Shown here piece after piece: positions 18,704-27,170 of a stretch of DNA of 64,000 nucleotides. This stretch comes from Clostridia bacterium. Lineage in GTDB: Bacteria; Bacillota; Clostridia; TANB77; CAG-508. A program made the translations under genes and the position numbers. Under the pieces are notes generated by a model that did not search any database, had not been told where the DNA came from, and saw nothing but the letters and a program-made list of their open reading frames with translations. The stretch covers positions 5,191-69,190 of the forward strand of contig JAAWKD010000004.1 of assembly GCA_022797215.1 (NCBI GenBank), given 5' to 3'. Positions within the stretch are counted from its first letter, which is position 1, and each line of letters starts with the position of its first letter.

Positions 18704-19259
18704 GTTGTACACTCTCTACTTTGTTTGCTTTTCTTTTAGCTAATAAATATCCTACTCCAGAACAAAGTAGTACAATTCCCTCTAAGATACCACCAAAAAT
18801 AGATTTAATATAAATATTATATGCTATCCATGACATACTTGTTGGAATTCCAAGCAATTTATAGGTGTTTGTATTTTTCTGCCATATAGAGTATGTGTAT
18901 AAAAATGTTCCTAATACTGAAAATAGGCTAGGAAGTCCGTTATAAGTAAATACACTTAGCACTATAGTGATAACATATAAGAGTGCTAAAATACTAATAT
19001 CTTTTTTGGTATTTTGTTCTCTTTTGCCATTTTTCTTTTCATCTACCATAAAAACAATATTACGGATAATGGCAACTATATCCATCGCTAATCCAGTATA
19101 GGCTTTTAGACAGATAAAAGAAATGGCTTGTGCTATCATTGATAAAATATTAATGATTAGCACAATCCTTCTGTTTTTTAAATAATATGTTGATGCTAGC
19201 AATACATACATAAGTATTGCAAATATTTGTGAAATAATATATGTGGTTGTCAATTCCAT
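18687..19259 (-). CDS. YgjV-like inner membrane protein
   Basis: 190 aa. Duplicated 3-TM halves, N-terminal IISQIFAILMYVLLASTYYLKNRR resembling YgjV-family proteins. Confidence 0.45.
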   Translation of the reverse strand: MELTTTYIISQIFAILMYVLLASTYYLKNRRIVLIINILSMIAQAISFICLKAYTGLAMDIVAIIRNIVFMVDEKKNGKREQNTKKDISILALLYVITIVLSVFTYNGLPSLFSVLGTFLYTYSIWQKNTNTYKLLGIPTSMSWIAYNIYIKSIFGGILEGIVLLCSGVGYLLAKRKANKVESVQPNIQK

Positions 19260-19331
19260 TCTTTTCTTCTCCTGTTAGTTCTTTTTATAGTTTATTCTTT
19301 ATAATTTATTTTGTTAGTTTAAAGTCATTCT

Positions 19332-20426
19332 CTATCTTTCAAAAATTGATTTAAATACCCCTTTATCTATAAATGCAGCAAAGATATTTTTCAAAACAAT
19401 TAGTAAAATAGGGCCTATAATCATTCCTAATACACCTATAAATTTGAAACCTGTGTACATAGCAATTAATGTAAAAATCGGATGAATTCCAATGTGTCCA
19501 CTTACAATCTTGGGTTCTATCATTTGTCTTACAACAGACATAATTGCCCATAATACTAAAATAGCAATTGCTAAGGTAAAATCCCCTGTACAAGCAGTAA
19601 GGACTGCCCAAGGAAGCATAAATGTACCAGAACCGAAAATTGGTAATAAATCTACAAACCCTATAATTAATGCCATTAATAAAGGATACTCTACATTTAG
19701 CCCTACAAAATGGAAAATATATAATCCAATAACAGATATAACAAATGAAATGAGTACCAAGGTAAGTTCTGCTTTTAAGTAACTTCCTAATGACTTAACT
19801 AATCCCTTTAAATGAACTCCTATTTTCTTTACCCATGTTTGTGGCATATGATGCTCTAGTTGATCTATCATATACACCTTATCCACGCACATAAAATACA
19901 AAGACAGTAATGTTATAACTGTGTAAACACCAATTGTTGGAATAGAAGTTAGAAAATTAATTGCTCCTGTTAAAGCATTTTTCGCCCATTCTGTTAGTGT
20001 TCCTAAAAACTCTATAGCAGATTCTTGTATCGTATTCATAATATTTTCTGGTATTTGCAATCTGCTAAAATCAATCTTTGAAAGCATATCTTGCACTAGT
20101 GCATATCCTTTTTCAAAATATTCATTTAGACTGGTTAACAAGTTAGAAGCTTCTGATACGATAGTAACTCCCGCCCAAACTAGCAAACCTACTATAATAA
20201 TAATTGCTATCACAAAAACTAAAATGGAACTTGCTTTTCTTTTTAATTTTGTCTTTTTCATAATAAAACGGATACAAGGTTCTAACATTAAAGCAATAAT
20301 GAAAGCTATTAGAAATGGCATGTAAAATATGGCTAGCTTAAATCCCAAATAGACACCTAGTACAGTCAAGGCTAAAACAACAATATTCTTTAGCACTCTT
20401 CCCCAATAATTCATATCAATAATCAT
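19332..20426 (-). CDS. ytvI: AI-2E family transporter / sporulation integral membrane protein YtvI-like
   Basis: 364 aa multi-pass protein with the C-terminal ...IGIHPIFTLIAMYTGFKFIGVLGMIIGP... pattern typical of the family. Confidence 0.65.
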   Translation of the reverse strand: MIIDMNYWGRVLKNIVVLALTVLGVYLGFKLAIFYMPFLIAFIIALMLEPCIRFIMKKTKLKRKASSILVFVIAIIIIVGLLVWAGVTIVSEASNLLTSLNEYFEKGYALVQDMLSKIDFSRLQIPENIMNTIQESAIEFLGTLTEWAKNALTGAINFLTSIPTIGVYTVITLLSLYFMCVDKVYMIDQLEHHMPQTWVKKIGVHLKGLVKSLGSYLKAELTLVLISFVISVIGLYIFHFVGLNVEYPLLMALIIGFVDLLPIFGSGTFMLPWAVLTACTGDFTLAIAILVLWAIMSVVRQMIEPKIVSGHIGIHPIFTLIAMYTGFKFIGVLGMIIGPILLIVLKNIFAAFIDKGVFKSIFER

Positions 20427-20579
20427 GGTCGCTTTCCTCCTCCTTCTATTATGTGCTAATTATACAAAGTTATGCCCAGTCTGTCAATTCTTAATAATTT
20501 CTTTTATTATGATTGTTGAAAATTATGTAAAATTACTATATAATAGTTATATAGTATGTTTGAAAGGAGCATAAACAGT

Positions 20580-20747
20580 ATGTCAAAAAATGCCGACCAA
20601 AAAGTAACTCTTATTCTAAAGATTGAAGTTGAAGGGAAAGGAGTAATACAGCGAATCATCACAAGTGAAGATATCATTGCCAACATTTTAGATGAGGCAG
20701 GAATCTTTGATGAAGAGATCGGAAAACTTTTGGGATACTCTAATTAG
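20580..20747 (+). CDS. Hypothetical small protein (55 aa)
   Basis: GGAG RBS upstream of the ATG at 20580; no motif. Confidence 0.3.
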   Translation: MSKNADQKVTLILKIEVEGKGVIQRIITSEDIIANILDEAGIFDEEIGKLLGYSN

Positions 20748-20821
20748 TCTCTATTATGAATATTTAATAGAGAGGGAAGCCTATATCTTTAGGCTTCCCC
20801 TTTTTATTCTAACAATTTCTA

Positions 20822-21259
20822 TTACTCTGCATTTTTTCCATTGCATTTGCAAATATTATTTAAAGTATTATCAACACCATTGTCATCAACTTGTGCATTT
20901 GCAGCTAAGTCTCCTAATGTCAGAATACCAACTATTTTATTATTCTCTACAACAGGAATTCTTTTTACTTGATTTTCAGACATTAATTTTTCTGCTTCTG
21001 TCACCTCTACTTCTGGTGTACAACAACAAGGATTACAAGTCATAATTTCACTAATTGGCGTACTTTTAGGGTCTTTATTGCAGGCAACACATCTTAAAAT
21101 AATATCACGATCTGTAATTAATCCAACTACATTTTGAGTATTGTCACATACTGGAACACATCCAATATGTTTATTACACATCATAGTAGCACATTCTTGA
21201 ACGGTACTATTTGGTGTAGCACAACAAACTTCATCACACATACAATCTTTTACCTTCAT
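20822..21259 (-). CDS. CBS-domain pair protein, unusually cysteine-rich
   Basis: Two CBS motifs (VVGLITDRDIIL, IVGILTLGDLA). 19 Cys in 145 aa by my count, including CCC and CC runs. Confidence 0.75.
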   Translation of the reverse strand: MKVKDCMCDEVCCATPNSTVQECATMMCNKHIGCVPVCDNTQNVVGLITDRDIILRCVACNKDPKSTPISEIMTCNPCCCTPEVEVTEAEKLMSENQVKRIPVVENNKIVGILTLGDLAANAQVDDNGVDNTLNNICKCNGKNAE

Positions 21260-21456
21260 TTTTTTACCTACCTTTCATTTTTCTAAATAACAAAACTTTT
21301 ATCAATTTTAAAATATATTAATTTTTCAATAGGCTTTAATATATTTTTGATTTTTAAAAGTATTCTATTATTATTTTTTCTCAAACAAAGAAAGATATAC
21401 AATATGTTTTTGTATATCTTTCCATTTTTTTACATTTTATTTTTCAAAATGTGATT

Positions 21457-22177
21457 TTAAAGAAAATCTGGATATTCTCTTGGTTGTATCATTGGAGGTC
21501 TACCCCCTGGGCCCATTGGTGGTCTCCCTCCTGGAAAAGGTGGTCTTCCTGGCCCACCTGGGAACGGTGGATGTGGTGGTCTTGGTGGTCTGGGTCTATT
21601 TCCAAATATCTGATTTAAAATCAAAATTTTAATTAAATCTCTTAATGTTGAGTTAGAACGTCTTGTCTCACCTGTTATAGCATCTCTATTTCCCTCTGCA
21701 GAAACATTTACTATATTAGACTCTCTATTCTCGGAACTGCTATTTATACTTTTGCTAACTCTTTCATTCCTTGCTTTAGAAGTTCTATTTTCCTCACCGT
21801 TATTTCGGTTTACATTAGAGCTAGAAACTCTCTTCTCTTCCACTTTTGGAGTATTCACTCTAATATTTACTGTTGTTGATGTATCCTCAATAGCCATATA
21901 AACTTCATCTGTCATTCTTTCTATTAATTCTTTTGTAATTGGCTCTGTATTAGTTTCACATACCTTACAAACCATTGGATTTACTAGATGATAAATTTCA
22001 GGATAGCATTTCCTCATTTCTTCTTCAGATAAACTAATTGCTATCTGATTTCTTGAAGAATATGTATCTTGATACATGCCGTTCATTCCTATAATCATAT
22101 GTTTCATAAATATTAGGATCATTTATTGGATACCCTAATACTTGTCGCATATAGTCTTCATAGTTTTGATAATACAT
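21457..22177 (-). CDS. Tyr-rich N-terminus / Pro-Gly-rich C-terminus protein (spore-coat-like?), interrupted at in-frame CGG 22079-22081
   Basis: The ATG at 22177 has a strong AAGGAGG RBS and gives 32 codons, MYYQNYEDYMRQVLGYPINDPNIYETYDYRNE, then CGG. Skipping the C joins it to GMYQDTYSSRNQ... of ORF 21457-22122. No RBS precedes the internal ATGs of that ORF. Confidence 0.5.
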
Positions 22178-22230
22178 ATGATACCTCCTTTTAGTATATC
22201 ATATGTATGGTAAAAAAATATGTGACACTT

Positions 22231-23442
22231 TTACTTTTCATCTGGTACTTTAGATACTTGTACATTACTCTTACTCGAAATTATAGCTGTACTAATATTC
22301 CATGGATCAATCTGCTGCCCTGGTTTCTTCTTTGCTTGGGCAGTTTCGATCAAAGCTTTAATTGCCTTTTGTTGCTTTGGATCCTGTGTACTTTGAAGTG
22401 CTCTTTTTAAATATACTTTTGTTTGTCTTGGAAAATTTTGTTTTTCATATGCTTCTGCTATTAAAAGATTTCTTTGCGTTTCTTCAATTCCCATTTCTTG
22501 CATTTCCTTATTTCTTTGTTCAATATCATCTAATGAAAACGTTCCTTCTCTAATTTGTCTTCTAATAACTTGGACATTATGTTGAATTGAATGCCCTTTC
22601 TTTGGAGTTTCCTCATCTTTTTGATTCGTTCTTCGACTTCCCCTGTCACTTCTTCGTTGTTGTCCCTTTTTCATTTTTTCACATAATTCTATTTGACGTC
22701 TTGCTGGCATATCATTAGGTTCTATTGCTAATCTCTCTTTGCATAGTCTTTCTACTTCTTCCCAGTCTCCTTTTCGCCTAGCTATTTCAGTTAGCTGAAT
22801 TCTTGCTGGCATATCATTAGGTTCCAATGCTAACACCTCTCTACTTAGTCTTTCTGCTTCTTCCCAGTCTCCCTTTTTCTTAGCTTTTTTAGCTAGCTGA
22901 CTTCTTAACGATAGATTATTAGGATCTAATGCTAATATTTCTTTACGTAGTCTTTCTACTTCTTCCTCGTCTTCTTTTCGCATAGCTATTGTAATTAGCT
23001 GGTTTCTTGATAGTAGATTACTAGGTTCTAATGCCAATATCTCTCTGCTTAGTCTTTCTACTTCTTCCCAATCTCCTTTTCGCTTAGCTATTTTAACTAG
23101 CTGACTTCTTACTGATAGTTCATTAGGATTTTGCTTCAAGAGTTCTTTAGCTAGTTCCTCCGCATCATCTAAATAATCAAAATGAATAAATTGATTAATC
23201 ACCTTTCCTGTTAAAAGTACGCTGGACTTTTTATGACCTTCTTGAAATTGTGATATTTCTCTTTTTGCTGCCTCTAAATTCCCCTTTCTGATATATTCAA
23301 TAATCTTCCCTGTTGTATCATACTCTGCTTTCCAACGATACAAAGTAGATTTTGATACATTTGATTTCAGTCTAATTTGTGAAACACTTTGTCCTTTGTG
23401 AAATAAACTCATTACCTTATTTTTTTCTGCTAATTGATACAT
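22231..23442 (-). CDS. HTH domain plus TPR-like repeat protein
   Basis: N-terminal GQSVSQIRLKSNVSKSTLYRWKAEY (transposase/resolvase-type HTH). Then 4.7 tandem 34-aa repeats, A(K/R)(K/R)KGDWEEVERL..E.LA.EPN....R.QL. Confidence 0.7.
   Translation of the reverse strand: MYQLAEKNKVMSLFHKGQSVSQIRLKSNVSKSTLYRWKAEYDTTGKIIEYIRKGNLEAAKREISQFQEGHKKSSVLLTGKVINQFIHFDYLDDAEELAKELLKQNPNELSVRSQLVKIAKRKGDWEEVERLSREILALEPSNLLSRNQLITIAMRKEDEEEVERLRKEILALDPNNLSLRSQLAKKAKKKGDWEEAERLSREVLALEPNDMPARIQLTEIARRKGDWEEVERLCKERLAIEPNDMPARRQIELCEKMKKGQQRRSDRGSRRTNQKDEETPKKGHSIQHNVQVIRRQIREGTFSLDDIEQRNKEMQEMGIEETQRNLLIAEAYEKQNFPRQTKVYLKRALQSTQDPKQQKAIKALIETAQAKKKPGQQIDPWNISTAIISSKSNVQVSKVPDEK
22681..23163 (-). repeat. 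Tandem 102-nt (34-codon) coding repeats inside the TPR-like gene
   Basis: Four full units and one partial unit, visible at both protein and DNA level. Confidence 0.8.
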
Positions 23443-23467
23443 TATTTAATTCCTTTCTTGGTTTATT

Positions 23468-24874
23468 TCATTCTTCTATTTTCTGCACTAACTCTTTAAA
23501 CATTTCTCCTCTTTCTTCAAAATTCTTAAACATATCAAAACTTGCACTTGCTGGAGAGAATAGCACAATCTCATCTTCCTTTGCTATTTCATATGCTTTT
23601 TGCACTGTTTCTTGTAAAGTATTACAATGATAGATTGGTAGTTCTTTTCCTTGCATTTCTAGTTCTTGTATTACTACTTCTTCTATCTTTGGAGCGGTTG
23701 CGCCCATTAAAATTAATTTGCTAACATTAGCAACAATAGGTTTTGCGATAGGAGTATAATCTAAATGCTTATCATATCCACCTGCAATTAGTACAATTCT
23801 TTCTGAAAAAGCATTTAAGCCTGCAATTGTTCTTGTTGGCGAACTTCCTATCGAATCATTGTACCATTTTACGCCATTTAATTCCTTTATAAACTCTAAT
23901 CTATGTTCAACACCTTTAAACTTTTTAATGGCATCTGCCTGAATTTCAGGTTCTACTAAGCTAGCTGTTGCCGCAATAGCACTACAGATATTTTCATGAT
24001 TATGTACCCCTCGAAGTAAGATGTCTTTTGTATTTAAAATATGTCTTCTTACTTTTTCCTCACAAGATTTAACAATACCACCATCACAAATCACACCATC
24101 TTCTAGCTTTTGTTTTCTACTAAAATATATAGTTTTCCCTTTAGTCTCTGCTTTAAATTCTCTTGTAATAGTATTATCATAATTAATCACTAAAATATCA
24201 TTTTCATTTTGATACTTAAAAATATTTTTCTTAGCATCTATATATTCTTCATAAGATTTATGAATATCTAAATGATTTGGAGAAATATTAGTAATAACCG
24301 AAATATGTGGACTTACTTGCATATCCATTAATTGAAAACTACTAAGTTCTAACACCACCATGTCTTCTGGTTTCATTTCTTTTACCTTTGTAAATAGGGG
24401 AATCCCAATATTGCCACCCAAATAACAATGATACCCTTTTTCTTTTAAAATATGATAAATCAAGTTAGTAGTTGTTGTTTTCCCATCACTTCCAGTAATT
24501 CCAATAATAGTACTAGGGCATGTTTGCATTAACATTTCAATTTCAGAGGTTAAAATTGCTCCTCTTTCTAATTCTTTTACAATTTCTGGAGTATCTGGTC
24601 TGCAACTTGGCGAACGGAAGATAACATCAAAACCAATTAAATGTTTCATACTATCTGGCCCTGTATACAATTCAAATTCTGCATTTTGGATTTTTTCTAT
24701 TGCTTGCTTATCTAACTTTTCTTCTTCTCTTTTGTCAAAAACGCTAACCATACAGTGTAAGCTATAAAAATAATCCAATAATGGTATATTGCTTACTCCT
24801 AATCCTATAATTGCTACCTTTTTTCCTGTTATATATTGTTCAAATTCTTCTAATTTTTCATTTCGATAACCCAT
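23468..24874 (-). CDS. murD: UDP-N-acetylmuramoylalanine--D-glutamate ligase
   Basis: KKVAIIGLGVSNIPL, GITGSDGKTTTT, GNIGIPL and HRLE motifs. The ATG at 24874 has an AAGGGAG RBS. Confidence 0.9.
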   Translation of the reverse strand: MGYRNEKLEEFEQYITGKKVAIIGLGVSNIPLLDYFYSLHCMVSVFDKREEEKLDKQAIEKIQNAEFELYTGPDSMKHLIGFDVIFRSPSCRPDTPEIVKELERGAILTSEIEMLMQTCPSTIIGITGSDGKTTTTNLIYHILKEKGYHCYLGGNIGIPLFTKVKEMKPEDMVVLELSSFQLMDMQVSPHISVITNISPNHLDIHKSYEEYIDAKKNIFKYQNENDILVINYDNTITREFKAETKGKTIYFSRKQKLEDGVICDGGIVKSCEEKVRRHILNTKDILLRGVHNHENICSAIAATASLVEPEIQADAIKKFKGVEHRLEFIKELNGVKWYNDSIGSSPTRTIAGLNAFSERIVLIAGGYDKHLDYTPIAKPIVANVSKLILMGATAPKIEEVVIQELEMQGKELPIYHCNTLQETVQKAYEIAKEDEIVLFSPASASFDMFKNFEERGEMFKELVQKIEE

Positions 24875-24908
24875 AATTTCTTTTCTCCCTTTTATATCTA
24901 AGTTCAAG

Positions 24909-25589
24909 CTATAAACTAATATGCTTTAGCACTTCTTTTGCCGAATCTTCAATTGTTTTACAGTTGGTAACATCTACCACGATTGTATTTTCATATTCCT
25001 GATAATAACCTGACTGTTCTTGTACTTTATCTCTTTGAATAATATTCTGTCTCACTTCTTCTTGACTAATTGTTTCATTATATTTTATGCACTTTCTTCT
25101 AACACGTTCATCTAAAGAAGCAGTTACTAGGAAATGATAATCTAAATCTGGATAGATTTTCATTAAATCTCTTCCTGAAACAATCACGTTGAATTTAGCC
25201 TTGAATTCTTCAATAATTTTTCTTCCAAACAAATAAAAGTTTTGATTATCTGCCACATTGCTAATCTCAGAAACGGCTAAAGATGAAGAAGTTGATTGTA
25301 AAAGTTCTTCTTCTATCTTTTTTCCATCCATATAAATAACAGTATCTCTATTTTCGATTGCAATTTGAATTTTTAGTTTCTCCATAATTTGCTTTATGTC
25401 TGTTTGCTTCATGTTTTGCTTTAATTCTTCTAGGTTAGCACCCGAACGTAGCAAAGCATAAGCAATTCCACGATATAGGTTCCCACCTTGTAGTAAAATA
25501 CTATTTGGTATTTCATTTAGTAGTTTTTTACATATGGCAGTTTTTCCTGCCCCAACATATCCTTCTATTCCTATCACTAAATTTTGCAT
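24909..25589 (-). CDS. Cytidylate-kinase-like P-loop kinase
   Basis: IGIEGYVGAGKTAICKKL Walker A and GGNLYRGIAY segment. Confidence 0.55.
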   Translation of the reverse strand: MQNLVIGIEGYVGAGKTAICKKLLNEIPNSILLQGGNLYRGIAYALLRSGANLEELKQNMKQTDIKQIMEKLKIQIAIENRDTVIYMDGKKIEEELLQSTSSSLAVSEISNVADNQNFYLFGRKIIEEFKAKFNVIVSGRDLMKIYPDLDYHFLVTASLDERVRRKCIKYNETISQEEVRQNIIQRDKVQEQSGYYQEYENTIVVDVTNCKTIEDSAKEVLKHISL

Positions 25590-25707
25590 TTTTTTGTGTG
25601 AATGTTAGATTTTCTAACCTTCTCTCCTTCTTAACTTTTTGATGATTATACCATACTTTTGCATTTTTTGGAAGTTTACTATTATAATTTAATATTTGTA
25701 TGATTAA

Positions 25708-26598
25708 TCAATTTGTTATTTTCTCAATATATTCTTCTAAACATAAATTTTGCTCTTTCATTTTTTTTGCATGCTCTTCTCCTACATATCTCCAATGCCA
25801 TGGTTCATAGCTTACTTTGGTAATCTCTTCTTTTTCTTCTTCATATCGCAAAATAAATCCATAATTTTGAGCATTTTCTTGTAGCCACTGGAAGGCTGCT
25901 GTATTTTCAAATTCTCTATTCACATAATTAAAATCTACAGCTAGTCCCAAATTATGCTCACTATGCCATGGCTTATTAATAATTTTTTCTGTTAATTCTC
26001 TAGCACTTTTCTCACTATATCCTTGATAAATATAAGCTTGTACTTGTTTTTCAAATAATATCTCTTGATCTTCTGGCTTTCTATAAGCCGACTGTATCCA
26101 TATATTTGTAATTCCTGCATATCTAATATCATTTATCATTTGAGTTAAATGTCGAATTGCTCTTATATCAAAACTCCTATATTGGTCAATATTGCCTAAT
26201 TGAACTTTATATCCATCTGGCATCTTATTATTTGTATTTACTAATAGCAAATTCCAATCTAATTCTACTTCTTTTTTCTCATCTTCTTTATTTCCTTCTA
26301 ATAACTCATTCTCTTTCTTCAAAACTACTGTTATTTTGTGTACTGGTTTATCTTCTAATTCATTTTTAGGAATATTGCTATTAATATTATTATCATCTTT
26401 TCCTAATATCTCTGTTTGACTACTACTTGTAAGTTCATTATCATTCTTCATCTGCCTATAAACAACTCGTTTAATCAAAATAATCAAAAGTAATACTAAA
26501 AGTACTAATATCACTCTTCTTACAACTTTTTTTCTATCTATCTTTGGCTTTTGTTGCATAATTTTTGTCCTTTCTATTGGTTGTATCCATTCTATCAT
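25708..26598 (-). CDS. VanY/M15-family D-alanyl-D-alanine carboxypeptidase, membrane anchored
   Basis: SAYRKPEDQ, HSEHNLGLAVDF and EPWHWRYVG motifs. Confidence 0.8.
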   Translation of the reverse strand: MIEWIQPIERTKIMQQKPKIDRKKVVRRVILVLLVLLLIILIKRVVYRQMKNDNELTSSSQTEILGKDDNNINSNIPKNELEDKPVHKITVVLKKENELLEGNKEDEKKEVELDWNLLLVNTNNKMPDGYKVQLGNIDQYRSFDIRAIRHLTQMINDIRYAGITNIWIQSAYRKPEDQEILFEKQVQAYIYQGYSEKSARELTEKIINKPWHSEHNLGLAVDFNYVNREFENTAAFQWLQENAQNYGFILRYEEEKEEITKVSYEPWHWRYVGEEHAKKMKEQNLCLEEYIEKITN

Positions 26599-26725
26599 TT
26601 TTTCTTTATAAATATATTTATAAAATTATAATTTTTTTAAGTTACTTTAATTATATTATTTTTTGAATAAAATTTCAATTTTTCGTACAAAATAATATTA
26701 CTAAAAAGAAATGGAGGTGTTCTTT

Positions 26726-26830
26726 ATGTCAGAAAATCAAAATAAACAAAACAGAAACAATAACAACAACAAGAATAATCAAAATAATAACAAAAATGAA
26801 AGAAGTAACAACAATAATAACTGCAAATAG
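26726..26830 (+). CDS. Possible 34-aa Asn-rich micro-protein
   Basis: GGAGGTG RBS 7 nt upstream. MSENQNKQNRNNNNNKNNQNNNKNERSNNNNNCK. The low complexity makes it uncertain. Confidence 0.3.
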   Translation: MSENQNKQNRNNNNNKNNQNNNKNERSNNNNNCK

Positions 26831-26893
26831 TTAATATTTATGTTTCCTTTTAAGTTAGCTGTTGGAAGTGAAACGACCTTACAGATAACTTAT

Positions 26894-27102
26894 GCGTAAT
26901 GTAATGAAGTTAAGTAAAAGGTGCAAAAATAAATGGACATTCATATTTTTCTTTAACCTATGAAGGTTAAAACTTTGATATCCCTTTCTTTTGTTTATAT
27001 AAAGTCTCATTTTTTCTTGAAACTTTTTTATTAAAGTTATGTTTTTGTTTTTCTCCGTGAATGTCCATTTACTTTTGCATCTTTTACACTTATTACATAT
27101 TC
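26894..27102. repeat. MITE-like element / long imperfect inverted repeat (arms about 45-50 nt)
   Basis: TGCAAAAATAAATGGACATTCA (26922-26943) against the reverse complement of 27058-27079, with one mismatch. The arms extend outward with small indels. A partial third copy of the inner arm lies at 40785-40812. Confidence 0.5.
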
Positions 27103-27114
27103 TTCTAAAAAAAT

Positions 27115-27140
27115 TAAAGAGGCAAGACAATATGTCTTGC
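27115..27140 (-). terminator. Terminator downstream of uvrA
   Basis: GAGGCAAGACA/TGTCTTGCCTC stem, followed on the minus strand by TTTAATTTTTTT. Confidence 0.65.
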
Positions 27141-27170
27141 CTCCAGTTTTATACACTTATATTATAACAA

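Noticed and set aside
26879-27130. 83-aa minus-strand ORF.
   Set aside because: It lies entirely within the long inverted repeat (MITE-like element) and the uvrA terminator, and it has no RBS.
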